DNA of 64,000 bases from Verrucomicrobiota bacterium (GCA_038228235.1 JBBRPK010000012.1:4868-68867); one strand, 5' to 3'. Shown: positions 1 through 13,400, counted from the first letter of the stretch. Translations and numbers: made by a program. The notes: generated from the sequence alone by a model not told the origin.

Positions 1-129
1 GAATTCCGACGGATTCGGAAAAAACCTCAATCGCATTATCCTGTGGCCAGTTCTGGGCCGAGGAGCGAACCGTGCGCACTCTTTCACAGACCGACGGTGC
101 AGGGCGCTTTTGCCCGAATCAGAGTGTAA

Positions 130-2007
130 ATGTCTAAAGAAGCAAGCAACGGATTATCCGCTGCGGCCGCAACGCCGTCCGCGGACGGCAAGCCCAAAGC
201 GCGATTGCGCTTTGTGGGCTCCAGCCAATTGCCAGATGAAACCAGACTGTGTCGCGGTGGCGCCCCGTGGTTCCAACAACTGGTGATGCTGGCGGCCCTG
301 GCCGGAGTAGCGGCGCTTTTGCTCCAAGTCATCGATGATGTGCAGGTCTGGGCTTTGCATCGGGCGGAGGTGCTGATCGCTATCACGGGAATTGCCTGCT
401 GGAGGTGGAGTTGGTTTGCCCTGCAAAATTTGCGGGCCATGGTTTACCGTTACTTCACCTTTCCTCGTCTTCGCCGGGCGGCGCACGCCGCCGTGGCCGA
501 ACATGGCCCTGTGCCTGAGGTGATCGTTTTAGGCACGACGTATCATGAAAAGCCATGGATTACCATTCCCGTGTTTGAGTCCGTTTTTCGTGAACTGAGC
601 AGCCTCGAAGGATTATTGCGCCGACCCAAGGTCGTGGTGGTGACCGGTTGTGACAACGATGATCAGAACATCCGAGACATCTTTGCCCGGTGCTGCGGCG
701 AGCAGACTGCCGGCCCGGATTTGTTGTGGCCACCTGAACTGATCCTGTTGCGAGGCGATAAAGGGAAAAGACCAGCCTTGGGTTTGGGGATGGAAGAGAT
801 AGCCAGGGGGAACCCGTTGGAGGACGGCGTGGTCATCATTCTGGACGGTGATACCATGCTGCAACCTGGATTGCTGCAAAAAGTATTGCCTGTTTTCCGG
901 TTGTCGCCGCCGGTTTCCGCTGTGACAACCAATGAGAACGGATTTGTGAAGGGGCCTGCCTGGTTTGCGGAATGGACCTCGCTACGCTTCGGGTTACGCC
1001 ACCGTTCGATGTGTTCCGTTTCATTGTCCGGGAAGCTTTTGTGCCTGACCGGCCGTTTTTCCGTGTTTCGGGCATCCGTGGCAGTTGATCCCACTTTTCG
1101 AGCGCAAGTGGAGCACGATGTGATTAATCACTGGCTCTGGGGATCCTTTGAGATGTTAAGCGGGGACGATAAAAGTACCTGGTATTGGCTTTCTGCGCAT
1201 CAGAAAAGGATGCTCTATGTGCCGGATGCAATGGTAACCACATTTGAGGTGATTCAAGGATCCTCTGTGGAGCGAGCGATCGCCAATATTCGACGTTGGT
1301 CGGGGAATAGTGTGCGACATAGCTGGCGGGCCATAAAGTTAGGCCCTCGAAAATTGGGATTTTTTGCCTGGTGGTCGCTGTTAGATCAGCGGTTGACCAT
1401 GGTGACAGTGCTCTTTGGACCGACGGTGGGAATCCTCGCTCTGTGCTCCGGGCGATACGAAATGGTGGCCGGGTATCTTCTCTGGGTGATGTGCTCCCGG
1501 CTGAGCCACGCGGCGATCGCCTGCCGCCAAGGCCGTCGATTCTCAGCATACTATGTTCCGTTGCAAGTCATAACGGATTGGGCGACGGCACTGACCAAAT
1601 TGTGGGTGACGTTCCACCCCGCCAAACAAAACTGGCTCAATCGCGGCGCGCGGAGTTTGAATACTACCAAGGGCGCGGCTTTTTATTCTGTGCGCAGCGG
1701 TTTTGCCCATTATCTTTATGGATTTTCCTGTGTGGCAGTGCTGGCCGCCGTTGGCCTATTTGTGGGATTTCTGCCCCTCTCCAGAGAAGCGCGGCTATTT
1801 TTGAGTCCGGAACCAGAGCGGCGTCTGATGGAACGCGCCACTGAGCCGATGCGGTTCGATAATCCACCTACCCCTGCCCAACCCGGATTGCAGATCGGCG
1901 CCGCGCGTCCGGCCATGTTAGCTGTCGAATCAGGGATGGGCTCGCAAATTTTGAGCAGGGACGCCAATAACAAAAAAACAAAAACGGAGCTACTCCCTCA
2001 TGATTGA
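130..2007 (+). CDS. Processive GT2 glycosyltransferase, Alg8 (mannuronan synthase)-like
   Basis: 625 aa with N- and C-terminal TM segments. Motifs DGDT, CLTGRFSVFRA, GDDKSTWYWL and RRWSGN resemble those of Pseudomonas/Azotobacter Alg8. Confidence 0.8.
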   Translation: MSKEASNGLSAAAATPSADGKPKARLRFVGSSQLPDETRLCRGGAPWFQQLVMLAALAGVAALLLQVIDDVQVWALHRAEVLIAITGIACWRWSWFALQNLRAMVYRYFTFPRLRRAAHAAVAEHGPVPEVIVLGTTYHEKPWITIPVFESVFRELSSLEGLLRRPKVVVVTGCDNDDQNIRDIFARCCGEQTAGPDLLWPPELILLRGDKGKRPALGLGMEEIARGNPLEDGVVIILDGDTMLQPGLLQKVLPVFRLSPPVSAVTTNENGFVKGPAWFAEWTSLRFGLRHRSMCSVSLSGKLLCLTGRFSVFRASVAVDPTFRAQVEHDVINHWLWGSFEMLSGDDKSTWYWLSAHQKRMLYVPDAMVTTFEVIQGSSVERAIANIRRWSGNSVRHSWRAIKLGPRKLGFFAWWSLLDQRLTMVTVLFGPTVGILALCSGRYEMVAGYLLWVMCSRLSHAAIACRQGRRFSAYYVPLQVITDWATALTKLWVTFHPAKQNWLNRGARSLNTTKGAAFYSVRSGFAHYLYGFSCVAVLAAVGLFVGFLPLSREARLFLSPEPERRLMERATEPMRFDNPPTPAQPGLQIGAARPAMLAVESGMGSQILSRDANNKKTKTELLPHD

Positions 2008-3238
2008 TCAAGCCACCACACCCGCCCCTTCAAGCCAGGCTGCCACCACTCCGAAAAAGGAGGCCCCCATAATGTTCCGGGTCTTCGTCGTTACCCTGGT
2101 GGTTCTTTTGTCGCTGGCAATTGTTGGGATTGCGATACCATGGGCCGTTTACCGTTTTAAACACATCGTAGTCAGCCAAGCCGTGGTCAAGGGCACCGTC
2201 ACGAGAGTTGGCAGCCGGATTGAGGGCCGAATCAAAAGCATCGAGGTCCAAGCCGGTCAGCACGTTTCCAAGGGCCAGGTTTTGTTAAGGCTGGATGACG
2301 GACACTTTCTTGCTGAAGTCGAGCGCGCGCGGGCCCAACTTCAGTCCGCCACCAGCGATCTCGGGAGTGAAAAACTGGGGATCGAGCAGGCGCGCCGCCG
2401 CCTCACTTTGGAGATAAAGCGGGTCCAGGGGGTGCGCACCGCGGCGGCCGGAGCGCTCGAAGCCGAGAAGCGAAATTTAGAGAGATTACAAACCCATTAC
2501 GAACGAATCGCCAAGTTGATCACCAATGGAGCGGCCGCTCCCAGTGAGATGGACCGGGCTGCCGGGGATCGCGACCGCTCTCAAGCCCTGATTCAGAGTG
2601 CCCAAGGAACACTCGATGCGGCGGAAAGCAGCTATGAGAAGGCCCAGAATGAATTGGAAGGAGTCGCCGTTCGAGAGTCGCGCCTCGGAGTTTTGAATTC
2701 CCAAATCGCGGCGGCGCGTGCCCTTCTGGCTGCGGCGCAATCGGACTTGGATGCCATTGTGCTGCGGGCACCGGAGGAGGGGCGGGTTCTGGAGCGTATT
2801 GTCGAGGAGGGTGGCTCTGCCAAGGTAGGCGAGCCGATGCTTTCGTTGTGGGTTGGACCAGCTTGGGTAGAGGCCTGGACGGATGAAAGAGACTTGCGCA
2901 AGTTCAAAATTGGGAGTCCGGTGGAAATCTCGCTGGATGCATCTCCATCTCACAAATTATCGGGCCGGGTGGAGGCAATAGGTCTGGAGAGCGACAAACA
3001 GCTCCAACCTGCCCCCGTCCCCGCCACGCTTCACGCTTTTGTCCGCCTCAACGCGATGGTTCCGGTGCGCATCGCCTTTGACGAGGAGAACTCCCAAATC
3101 CAGCTAGGTCTCTCGGCCGTGGTCGGCATCAAGAGGGAAGCCACCGTAATGGAGGTGGCACACCCGCGTTTGGCGCAACCGTCCTCCCCTGTGCGCTCTC
3201 CGGTCGTGCTCAGGAATGAACCCACAAAAGCCGATTAA
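2000..3238 (+). CDS. HlyD/EmrA-family membrane fusion (periplasmic adaptor) protein
   Basis: N-terminal TM; lipoyl half-motifs (RIEGRIKSIEVQAGQHVSKGQVLLRLD and LRAPEEGRV); long helical hairpin. Overlaps the upstream GT by 8 bp. Confidence 0.85.
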   Translation: MIDQATTPAPSSQAATTPKKEAPIMFRVFVVTLVVLLSLAIVGIAIPWAVYRFKHIVVSQAVVKGTVTRVGSRIEGRIKSIEVQAGQHVSKGQVLLRLDDGHFLAEVERARAQLQSATSDLGSEKLGIEQARRRLTLEIKRVQGVRTAAAGALEAEKRNLERLQTHYERIAKLITNGAAAPSEMDRAAGDRDRSQALIQSAQGTLDAAESSYEKAQNELEGVAVRESRLGVLNSQIAAARALLAAAQSDLDAIVLRAPEEGRVLERIVEEGGSAKVGEPMLSLWVGPAWVEAWTDERDLRKFKIGSPVEISLDASPSHKLSGRVEAIGLESDKQLQPAPVPATLHAFVRLNAMVPVRIAFDEENSQIQLGLSAVVGIKREATVMEVAHPRLAQPSSPVRSPVVLRNEPTKAD

Positions 3239-3294
3239 ACAGGAGTGGACACAAAACCACCCATGCACCGAAACTTTGGTGAATCAGGAAGTTA

Positions 3295-4017
3295 ATGAAT
3301 AGAGAGAATAAATCGAAAATAAGAGTGCTGCTGGTCGATGACCATCCGCTAGTGCTAGCCGGTGTCAAATCGTCGCTGCTCAAGTATGATCGCTTCGAGG
3401 TCGTTGGGGAGGCCTCCAGTGGGCCTGAGGCGATAAACCGGGCCAAGGAGTCGTTGCCGGATGTGGTAGTCATGGACATTACCATGCCGGGCATGAATGG
3501 ATTGGAAGCGACCAAGTGCCTGCGGGCAATCTGCCCGCAAACGAAAGTCCTCATCCTGACCGTCCACGAAAAGGAAGAATTCGTTCGAGAGATGATTCAG
3601 GCTGGAGCCCGGGGTTACGTGCGCAAGAACACGCATCCGGGAGAATTAGTTTCAGCCATCGAGTGCGTCCATCGTGGTGAAGTTTTTTTCATGCCCGATG
3701 TGGCCCATGCCTTTTTCAAAGAGTACGTGCTAAGCGCAGGGAAGATGGAAGATAGCTCGGCGAAGCAACTCTCCAAACGGGAGCACGAAGTTTTGAGCCT
3801 CATTGTGGGCGGCTTGGCCAACAAAGAGATCGCGGATCGATTGCAACTCAGCGTGCGAACCGCCGAAAAGCACCGGCAAAGGATTATGGAGAAACTCGGG
3901 ATTCATCGCGCCACAGAACTGGTGAAGATTGCTATCACCCGAGGATTCGTGACATTAACGCCCGAATCCATGCCTTTCCTGCCTGCTCCACCGATCTCCG
4001 AGAGGAACACCCTGTAG
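3295..4017 (+). CDS. NarL/LuxR-family response regulator
   Basis: REC domain (VDDHPLV, MDITMPGMNG) plus LuxR HTH (LSKREHEVL..GLANKEIADRLQLSVRTAEKHR). Confidence 0.95.
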   Translation: MNRENKSKIRVLLVDDHPLVLAGVKSSLLKYDRFEVVGEASSGPEAINRAKESLPDVVVMDITMPGMNGLEATKCLRAICPQTKVLILTVHEKEEFVREMIQAGARGYVRKNTHPGELVSAIECVHRGEVFFMPDVAHAFFKEYVLSAGKMEDSSAKQLSKREHEVLSLIVGGLANKEIADRLQLSVRTAEKHRQRIMEKLGIHRATELVKIAITRGFVTLTPESMPFLPAPPISERNTL

Positions 4018-4447
4018 ATTTATTTCCCCCCTGTGGCCAAGCATGAATACGTATAAAAACGCAATTTTTACATGCGTATTTTATCTATCATAAATGGTGC
4101 GCACTTTACCCAGATTGAACCAGCCATTCGCTTACTGATAAGTTATGCAAACCGGTAAACGAGTTAGAACAGCTAATTGCCGGCTCTTTTTGGCCACAAA
4201 AAAAGGGCGCTCTCTCACCACCATGAGCGAAGGTGGTTTGTCCCACGTTGGCGGGGTATACTCGACGCAAGCCTTTGAGACAACCCATTGCAGGCAGGGG
4301 CTTTGGCGAGCGAATTTGGCCTCATCCATGGGGCTGACAGCTCGGAGGTCTTTTGCCTTCGGTGACTGAAGCGCCTCGTTTTTCAGTATCAAAATAGAAC
4401 GCAGACAAGGAGGTCGGCCCGATTTGCAGAGACTACGTAGATATTAT

Positions 4448-7400
4448 ATGTGTAATTTGAATCAGAAATTGAGATGGTTGCAGAAACCATTCGTTTTCAA
4501 TTCTAGTTTGCCCTTTTCCCCTTACGCTTTTCTACGCTCTCTCGGGGCCGGGTTGCGTTGTCGATGGTCAATTTCTCTAGCAGCCACCGTGATTTTAATC
4601 TCCTTGGAGGCGGATACATTGGGACAGCCCAGCGGTGTTTACCATGAGGTCTATACGGGTCTTAACGGCAGCTCGCTACAGGCTTTAACTAACCAGGACA
4701 GCAACTTTCCCGACCACCCAGACCTTCCTCCGGACATTCTCCCCTATGTCTTCGAGACGCCGGTGAATCTCGGCAATCATTATGGGCAACGCCTTCGCGC
4801 GCTGCTGGTGCCACCGATCACGGGCACTTATGTTTTCTGGCTCGCGGCCGATCAATCCGGGTCTCTTTTCCTGAGCAGCGACGAGAGTCCCTTCGACAAG
4901 GGCCAGATTGCCTACCTTACCAACTCCGTCGTCTATGATGTTTGGTACAGCCGTCCCACTCAGCAGTCCACCAACGTCTATCTAGTGGCTGGTCGGCGCT
5001 ACTATATTGAGGCATTGCATGTTTCTTACAACGGCACCACGGATTTTGTGAGTGTGGGGTGGAAAGTGCCCGATGGCACCCTGGAACAGCCCATTCCGGC
5101 ATTTCGGCTGGCACCCTTTGGAATGCCGGCGATCAGCCCACCGGCCTTGACCCGCCAGCCTGCCAGCTTGAGCGTGGTGGAGAATTCCCCGGCCATTTTT
5201 GGCGTGGGGGTCAGCAACCTTGACGTGGTGAGTTACCAGTGGCAGCGTAACGGCACCAATCTGCCGGGCGTCCTTGGCGGCACCTGTATTATCCCCTTGG
5301 CCAGTACCAATGACAATGGGGCGAGCTTCCATTGTGTGGTCAGCAATAGTTTCGGCCCACTTACCAGCGCCGACGCAGTCCTGACGGTGACTCCTGACAC
5401 GACGGCCCCCGCCCTTTTCACAGTGGCCAATCTCACGTTTAACACGGTGCAGGTGCTTTTTACTGAACCGGTCGAGCCGGCCAGCGCGACGAACATCGCT
5501 AACTTCGCGATCAATAATGGCGTGACCATCAGCGCTGCTACCTTGGGAGCTTCCCCACGCGCGGTTAATTTGACGACCTCTCCGTTACTGACGGGCAGTA
5601 ATTATACACTCACGGTCAGCAATGTTCGGGACCAGGCGGCCGCCCGCAACACCATCACGCCAAACTCGCAGCAGTCGTTTATCGTCCTGCTCAAAGGGAT
5701 TTATCGGGAACTATTCACCGGCATCCCCGGCAACGAATTATTCAGCCTGACCAACAATGCCGCATTTCCGAACAGCCCAACCAGCGCCAGGCTGATCCCC
5801 GACCTCTTTGAAGCCTCCAATAACAATCTGGACAATTATGGGGAGCGCCTGCGTTCGCGCATTATTCCGCCGATCACTGGCAACTATACATTCTGGCTGG
5901 CGGCGCACGCTACTGCAACTTTGCTTCTCGGAACGAACGAGAGCCCAGCTAGCGCTCGCACCATCGCCTCGGTCACTTCAGCCACGCCGGTCTCCTCCAG
6001 ACAATGGGACATTCAGGCCAGCCAGAAATCGGCGCTCATTCCACTAATTGCCGGTCAGCAGTATTACATCGAGGCGCTGATGAAGGAAGGCGTCTCGGTT
6101 TCCTCCCCCCTCGATCATCTAAGCGCGCGCTGGCAGCTTCCCGACGGTTCACTCGAGGAACCGATTCCAGCGGCGCGGCTTACACCATACGGGTTGAATC
6201 CGCCTATCATCGCCGCGCAGCCCGCCAACACCACAATCGTAGAACACGGAACGGCCACTTTCGCGGTGGCAGTGAGCAATTTGGACTCGCTCAATTTCCA
6301 GTGGCAGCGCAATGGAGCAAATATCATCGCGGCCACCAATGCGGTTTATACCACCCCGCTGCTCCAACTGGCCGATAGCGGCTCGACCTTCCAATGTCTT
6401 TTGTGGAATGCCGTTGGAATGACGAACACCGCCAGCGTGCTGCTGACGGTTTCGCCGGACGTTACACCGCCGGCTATCGGTAAGGTCCTTAACAGCAGCT
6501 CGAACCGCGTGGTGGTGTTCTTCTCGGAGCCGGTCGAAGCCGCCAGCGCCACCAATGTTGCTAATTATAGCATTCCGACTGTAACCATCTCCGCCGCGGT
6601 CTTGAATAACAATCTTGCGGTCACGCTGACAACCACGCCGTTGGCCACTGCGACCGCTTACACGCTAACAGTAAACTCCGTGCGCGACACCGCAGCGACC
6701 CCCAATACCATCGCCACCAATTCCCAGTGGACCTTCCTGGCGGGGGATTTCTTTCCACAAGACATCGGATCACCGCCCCTGTCCGGTTCCATCAGCTCTG
6801 GTGGAAACGGTGTGGACGTCGTGGCCAGCGGCAGCGGGAGTGCCGGCACTAACGATCAGTTCAACTTCAGCTATCAGCAGCGCCGTGGAGATTTTGATGT
6901 CAAGGTGCGCCTCCAAAGACTGGATTTCGTGGACCCGTGGACGGTAGCTGGCCTTATGGCCCGCGAGGACCTGAGCACGAACAGTCGTTTCGCCAGCGTT
7001 CTTGGAACTCCCAGCATCGCCGGCACGTTCTTTCAATCTCGCACGAATGCGGGCGTTCCCTCTCAAATCTCAGGCTCTTTCCCAGTGAATTATCCCTATA
7101 CCTGGTTACGCCTACAGCGAGTGGGGGGCACGCGCTTTACCGGCTTTGCCAGCTATGATGGCCAAACCTGGACCCAGCTTGGAACCGCCACCCTTCCATT
7201 GCCCGCAACCATCTATCTGGGATTCGCGGTCGCCAGCCAAAACCCAGCCCAGACGACCGTCGCCCAGTTTCGCGATTTCAGCGACGTGTCAGGCGGGACA
7301 GTGGGTTCGCTGGCCGTGCCAATCGAGCCGCTGGGTCCATCGACGCGCAACTCCGGGCTGACGTTCACCGAGATCATGTACCATCCGGCTCCCCGCGCCG

Positions 7401-10400
7401 ACGGACGCAATCTGGAGTTCATCGAGTTATTCAACTCAAACCCTTTCTTCGAGGACATCAGCGGCTACCGCATCGGTGGTGACGTGGACTACACGTTCCC
7501 TCCGGGCACGATCCTGCAAGGAGGAGCATTCTTGGTGATTGCTCACAATCCGGCTGACATTCAGGCCGTTTATGGTATTTCCAATGTGACAGGCCCTTAC
7601 AACAAGCATCTTTCCAAAGGGGCAGGCAATGTGAGCCTTTTCAATCCGATTGGCGCAATTTTCCTGAACGTAAGTTACGTCAACACTTTTCCGTGGCCGC
7701 TGGCGGCCGACGGAGCGGGGCACTCGCTGGTTTTGGCGCGCGCTTCTTATGGCGAAGGGGACGTGCGCGCTTGGAGCCAAAGCGACAGTTTTGGCGGCTC
7801 CCCCGGCCGAGGGGACGGGATCTCCTGGGACCCGCTGCGCAATGTGGTAATCAATGAGTTTCTGGCCAATTCGGCCCTGCCGGACGTGGACTATATCGAA
7901 CTCTATAATCACAGCACGATGCCAGTGGATTTGTCCGGTTGCTGGCTCAGCGACACCCCCGCTTTCCAGAAGTTCCGCATTCCCGACGGGACCGTCATTG
8001 GTCCCACTGGCTTCGTCTATTTTGCGGAAGCAGATTTCAATTCCACCCCCGGCACGAGCAACAGCTTCGCCTTGAACTCAGGCGGCGAAACGATTTATCT
8101 CGTTAATTCCAATCAGACGCGCGTCGTGGATGCGGTTCTGTTTGAAGGCCAGGAGCAAGGCGTCTCGACGGGGCGAGTTCCCGATGGCGCAACCGCCTGG
8201 CGGCGGCTGGCGGGGAAAACCCCGGGTGCGCCTAACGGACCTGCCCACGCCAGGAGCATCGTTATCAATGAATTGATGTATAGCTCGATCACTGGCGACG
8301 ACAATGATCAATACATCGAGCTTTATAATCGGAGCACCAATACGGTAAATCTGGGGAATTGGCAGTTCAGCTCCGGCATCACTTTCAGGTTTCCTACCAA
8401 TACGCTCCTGGCGCCGAACGGCTACCTGGTGGTGGCAAAGGACGCCGCCCAGCTACTGCCCAAATACTCGAATTTGAACCCGAACAATACCCTTGGCAAC
8501 TTCGGGGGCAAACTCCATGGCGGCAAGCGCATCGCCCTTTCCATGCCCGCCTACAATGTCAAAACCAATCTTGGGGGCCTGGTCACGACCAATATCCTTT
8601 ACGTCCCCGTTGACGAAGTGACTTTTGAAAAGGGTGGACGCTGGGGCACCTGGAGTGATGGCGGCGGCAGCAGTCTCGAATTGATGGACCCGGACAGCGA
8701 CAATCGGCTGGCGCCGAACTGGGCGGATAGCGATGAGACAGCCAAGGGCGTCTGGAGCACGATCACCTACACCGGCCTTCTCGATAACGCTAACACGCGA
8801 GCTGGGGGATTATGGAATGCGCTGCAAGTAATGCTCCTCGAAGGGCCTGCCGAGTGCCTGGTGGACAATGTCAGCGTCATCATCGCAGGCGGCACCAACC
8901 TTGTTGCTAATCGCTCTTTTGAAAGCGGCTTAGACGGCTGGGTTTTTCAGGGGGATCATTACAATTCCACCTGGGCCAATTCTGGAGACGCTAGTTCCCA
9001 TTCCCTGCATGTTGTGGCCAGTGACCGCGGTGAGGAAACTGCCAACTACATCTTTACCCTTCTTACCTCGTCCTACACCACTGGGGTCACGGGAACCATC
9101 ACCGCTCGGGTGAAGTGGCTCCGTGGCTGGCCGGAGATTTTGTTTCGGCTGCGTGGCGGCCATCTTGAAGCGGCGGGGCCCCTGACGGTGCCGGCGAACC
9201 TCGGCACCCCTGGTGCCCGCAACAGCCGTTTTGTGACCAATGCCGGACCGGCTATCACAGCCGTGGTGCATAGTCCAGTCGCGCCCTTGGCAAACCAACC
9301 GGTGGTGGTCACGGCTCGGGTCCATGATCCCGATGGCATCGCTTCGGTGCAATTAGTCTATCGGGTCGATCCCTTCGGCCAGCCGATAACCGCGCCGATG
9401 TTCGATGACGGCACCGGCGGGGACGCGGTGCCGGGCGATGGGGTTTATTCGGCAACCATTCCCGGCCAGCCAACTGACACGCAGGTCGCATTTTACATCC
9501 GCGCCGCAGACTTTTTTGCGCAGCCTGCAACCACGACGTTTCCCAGCGACGCACCGACACGCGAGTGCCTGGTACGATTTGGCGATCCTCAGCCGATCCT
9601 CACCTATGGCACCTACCGTATGTGGCTGACCCAAACCACTTTGGATAAATGGCTGACAGAGGGCGATCAGTCGAACGACTCCTACGACGTGACCTTTGCC
9701 TATGGAAACTCCCGTGTTATCTATAACGCAGCCGCTCACTACGGCTCCAGCCCGGCACATCGCCAATTCTTCGATTCGCCGGTGGGGACGAATTGCTCCT
9801 ATAAATTGATCCTCCCCAGGGACGAATTGTTTCTCGGCGATAACGGCGGGCGGATCGAGCAGCCGGGCAACGGCGGATTGGACCCCTCCTGCCTGCTGGA
9901 GCAGATCGCTTACCGGGTCGGAGATCAGCTCGGCCTCCCCTACAATTATTTTCGGGCGATGAACTTTTTCATTAACGGGGTTCATCGCGGTATTTGCATG
10001 GCAGACGTGACCCGTGAAAGCCACGGCTGGGACACGACCTGGTATCCGAACAGCGATCCCGGCGATCTCTTCAAGATCGGCTACTGGTACGATTTCGAAG
10101 ATGACGGCAAGCATTACCATGACATTGCTCCCAGCCTCCTGCCGGTGCTCACCACCAACCTGGTCACCCATCAGGCGATCAAGAAACTGGATCCCTACCG
10201 GATGTGGTTCCGAAAGCGGGCGGTCCAGGACTCGGCCAACAATTACACGAATCTGTTCAACCTGGTGGACGCGGTGAACACCACCGCCACGGGCGACGCC
10301 TATGTGGCGCAGGTTGCCCCGGTGATTGATTTTACCGAATGGGCCCGCTGTTGGGCCACGGAACGGATTGACAACAACATGGACCTCTACGGCAACCTCC

Positions 10401-13400
10401 AAATTTACAAGGGAAACAAACTCGGCGCGCAAAATGCCTACATCTTCAAGCCTGCGGGGGACTCCTGGAAATTCCTCCTCTGGGACGTGCAGCTTAGTTT
10501 CGCCGGCACCCCCGTTGATCCGCTCTTCAATTTTACCGACCCGCCAATGTCCAACTTGTTCAGTCAACCCTTAATGCTTCGAACTTATTGGCAAGCGCTG
10601 GAAGATGCTGCCAATGGCCCGCTCGTGCCGGGGAATTTATTCCCCTGGATTGATGCTCGCCACAACGCCTTCCAACTCGCCGGGATCAAGACTACTTCCC
10701 CGGACCATTTCAAAAACTTCCTTTCGGTGCGGCGTGATTACATCCTGTCGCTTTTGGATGGGGTGCGGGCCGACATAGCCATAACAAGCAATGGAGGCAG
10801 CGATTTCACTAACGCCACCACCCTGGCGACGCTCTCGGGCACCGCCCCCATTTCAGCCCGGACGATCACCTTCAACGGGGTAGCATACCCACTCTCCTGG
10901 AGCAGCATCACCAATTGGTCGATTCAACTGCCGCTCACGGGCCAGACCAACCAATTTGTTTTTCAGGCCTTCGACGCGCGGGGGAACTCGATCAGCAACG
11001 CCACCAAAAGCATCACAATTTATTTTAATGGTCCGGTCAGCCGTCCGGAGGACAGCCTGGTGATCAACGAAATAATGTACAACCCAGCCGTCAGCAATGC
11101 CAGCTACGTGGAGATTTACAATCGCTCGACTAACACCACCATCAGCTTGGCCAATTACCGTTTGCAAGGGGTCGCTTTTGATTTTCCTGCGGGCGCTTTG
11201 ATTAACCCTCTCAGCTTCATCCTGGTGGTGGAAGATCCTGCCGCTTTCCAGGCCGCCTACGGCGTGAACACTCGGATTGTCGGGACCTTCGGCGGCAACC
11301 TCGATCCCGCTGGGGAAGCGTTGACCTTGATCAAGCGTGGGCTGACCACCAACGATGCGGATGTAATTATCGACAAGGTGAAGTACGAGGCGGCCGCTCC
11401 CTGGCCCGCACAACCCGCTTTACCCAACAGCGGCGCTGCCCTTCAACTCATTGATGCGGCCCAGGACAATGCCCGAGTGAGCAACTGGGACGATGGTTCG
11501 GGCTGGCGCTTTTTCAGCCTCACCGCCCAACCAGGGGGCACGCGGCTGTATCTGTATTTGGATGGCAAGGGCGATGTTTACATCGATGACATCCGGATCG
11601 TGCTGGGTAATGTGCCCGCCATAGGATCGAATTACGTTCGGAACAGTGATTTCGAGGCCCCACTGAACAGCGTCTGGTCCTTCCTCGGCAGCAGCGGAGC
11701 CACCACGTCGGTCTCCACCAATACCTTCGCTCATTCGGGCAGCAACAGCCTCCATCTCATCTTCAGCAAAGCAGGCAGCACCTCGACTTGTCTTTATCAG
11801 GACATCACCAGCATCAATACCTCCAGCAGTTATACCTTGAGCTTCTGGTACCGCTCCACGACTAACGCCAATAATTTGACTGTGCGCGTTGGGGGCAGTT
11901 CTTTCTCGCCCGTTGTGAATATGCACCCGCTCCTTGCCACCCCTGGAATGCCCAACTCGGTTGCCGGCACAGTGACGCCTTATCCGTTGATTTGGATCAA
12001 CGAGGTGCAACCTAATAATTTCAGCGGCCTGCAAGACAATACGGGCACACCACAGCCTTGGCTCGAACTCTTCAATAACGGATCAAACACCCTCACCCTC
12101 GACGGATATTTCCTATCCAAGAGTTACACTAATCTCAATCAATGGGCCTTTCCAACTGGCACGGTTATCCTTCCTGGCCAGTTTCGGATTTTCTTTGCTG
12201 ACGGCCAGCCCCAGCTCACGACGGGCGCGGTGCTCCATACTTCCTTCCGCCTCGATCCTACCAACGGTTCATTGGTCCTTTCACGGGGCCAGCAAATTCT
12301 CGATTACATCAATTACGCCAACATGACCCCGGACTTGTCTTATGGGTCCTGGCCCGACGGACAACTTTTCGATCGCCAAGTGTTTTACTTCGTCAGCCCG
12401 GGAGCAGCCAACAACCCTGCCCCAGTTCCGGTGGCGATTAACGAATGGATGGCCAGCAATTCCAAGACGTTGCTTAATCCCGTCACCAGTGCTTACGATG
12501 ATTGGTTCGAGCTTTACAACTTTGGTTCGGCGACCATCAACCTTTCAGGGTACTTTCTGACTCATAATCTTACCAGCCAAAAAAAGTGGTCGGTCATTCC
12601 CAATGGGGTCAGCATCGCTCCGCATAGCTTTCTGCTTTGCTGGGCGGAAAACGGGCTCAATGGCACCTACTTTAATGGAAACGCCTTGCACACCACCTTC
12701 AATTTGTCCAAGAGTGGCGATCAAATAGGGCTATTCAGCCCCGGAGGCGTGCCTGTCGATCAAATCGTGTTCGGCCTCCAAACCAGTGACGTCAGCCAGG
12801 GCCGCTACCCCGATGGCAATGTGGGCGGGGTCTATTATTTCATGCCCACTCCCACTCCCCAAACCAACAATATCATCACGAACAACATTTACGCCCCCGT
12901 GCTTGCGTCCATTCCCAATTACACAATCAATGAAGGAGCGTCACTGATTTTCAGTGCCCATGCTACCGACGCTGACCTGCCCGCGCAGACGCTCGGCTAT
13001 TCGCTGTTGCCGGGTTCCCCCGAGGGCGCGACTATCAACCCGCTGACGGGCTCTTTCGGCTGGACTCCCTCCGAATCCCAAGGCGGGGCGGCTTATCCGA
13101 TCACGGTCAAAGTCACTGATAATGGGGGCCCGCCGTTGAATGACACCAAAACGTTTACTATCACGGTCAATGAAGTCAATAGTCCGCCCTCCATCGGCTC
13201 CATGGCAAACATAACCGTCAACCCCGGCACAAACCTGAGCATTGTCATCCCGGTGACAGATCCGGACGTGCCCGCGCAAACGCTGAGTTGTGCTCTGCTG
13301 AGCGGACCCGCCGGTGCGAGCGTGGATCCGATTGGGCTGTTCAACTGGACACCGAGCCAGGCTCAGGCTTCCAGCACCAACCTCGTCGTGATTACGGTCA

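Noticed and set aside
1-129. 3' end of an upstream CDS (frame 1 open to TAA at 127-129)
   Set aside because: Too short and has no recognisable motif; cannot be supported from this window.
9353-10567. 404-aa antisense ORF (also 27190..28329, 36012..36914, 37407..38336 and similar)
   Set aside because: Fully overlap well-supported genes; expected from codon bias in GC-rich sequence.
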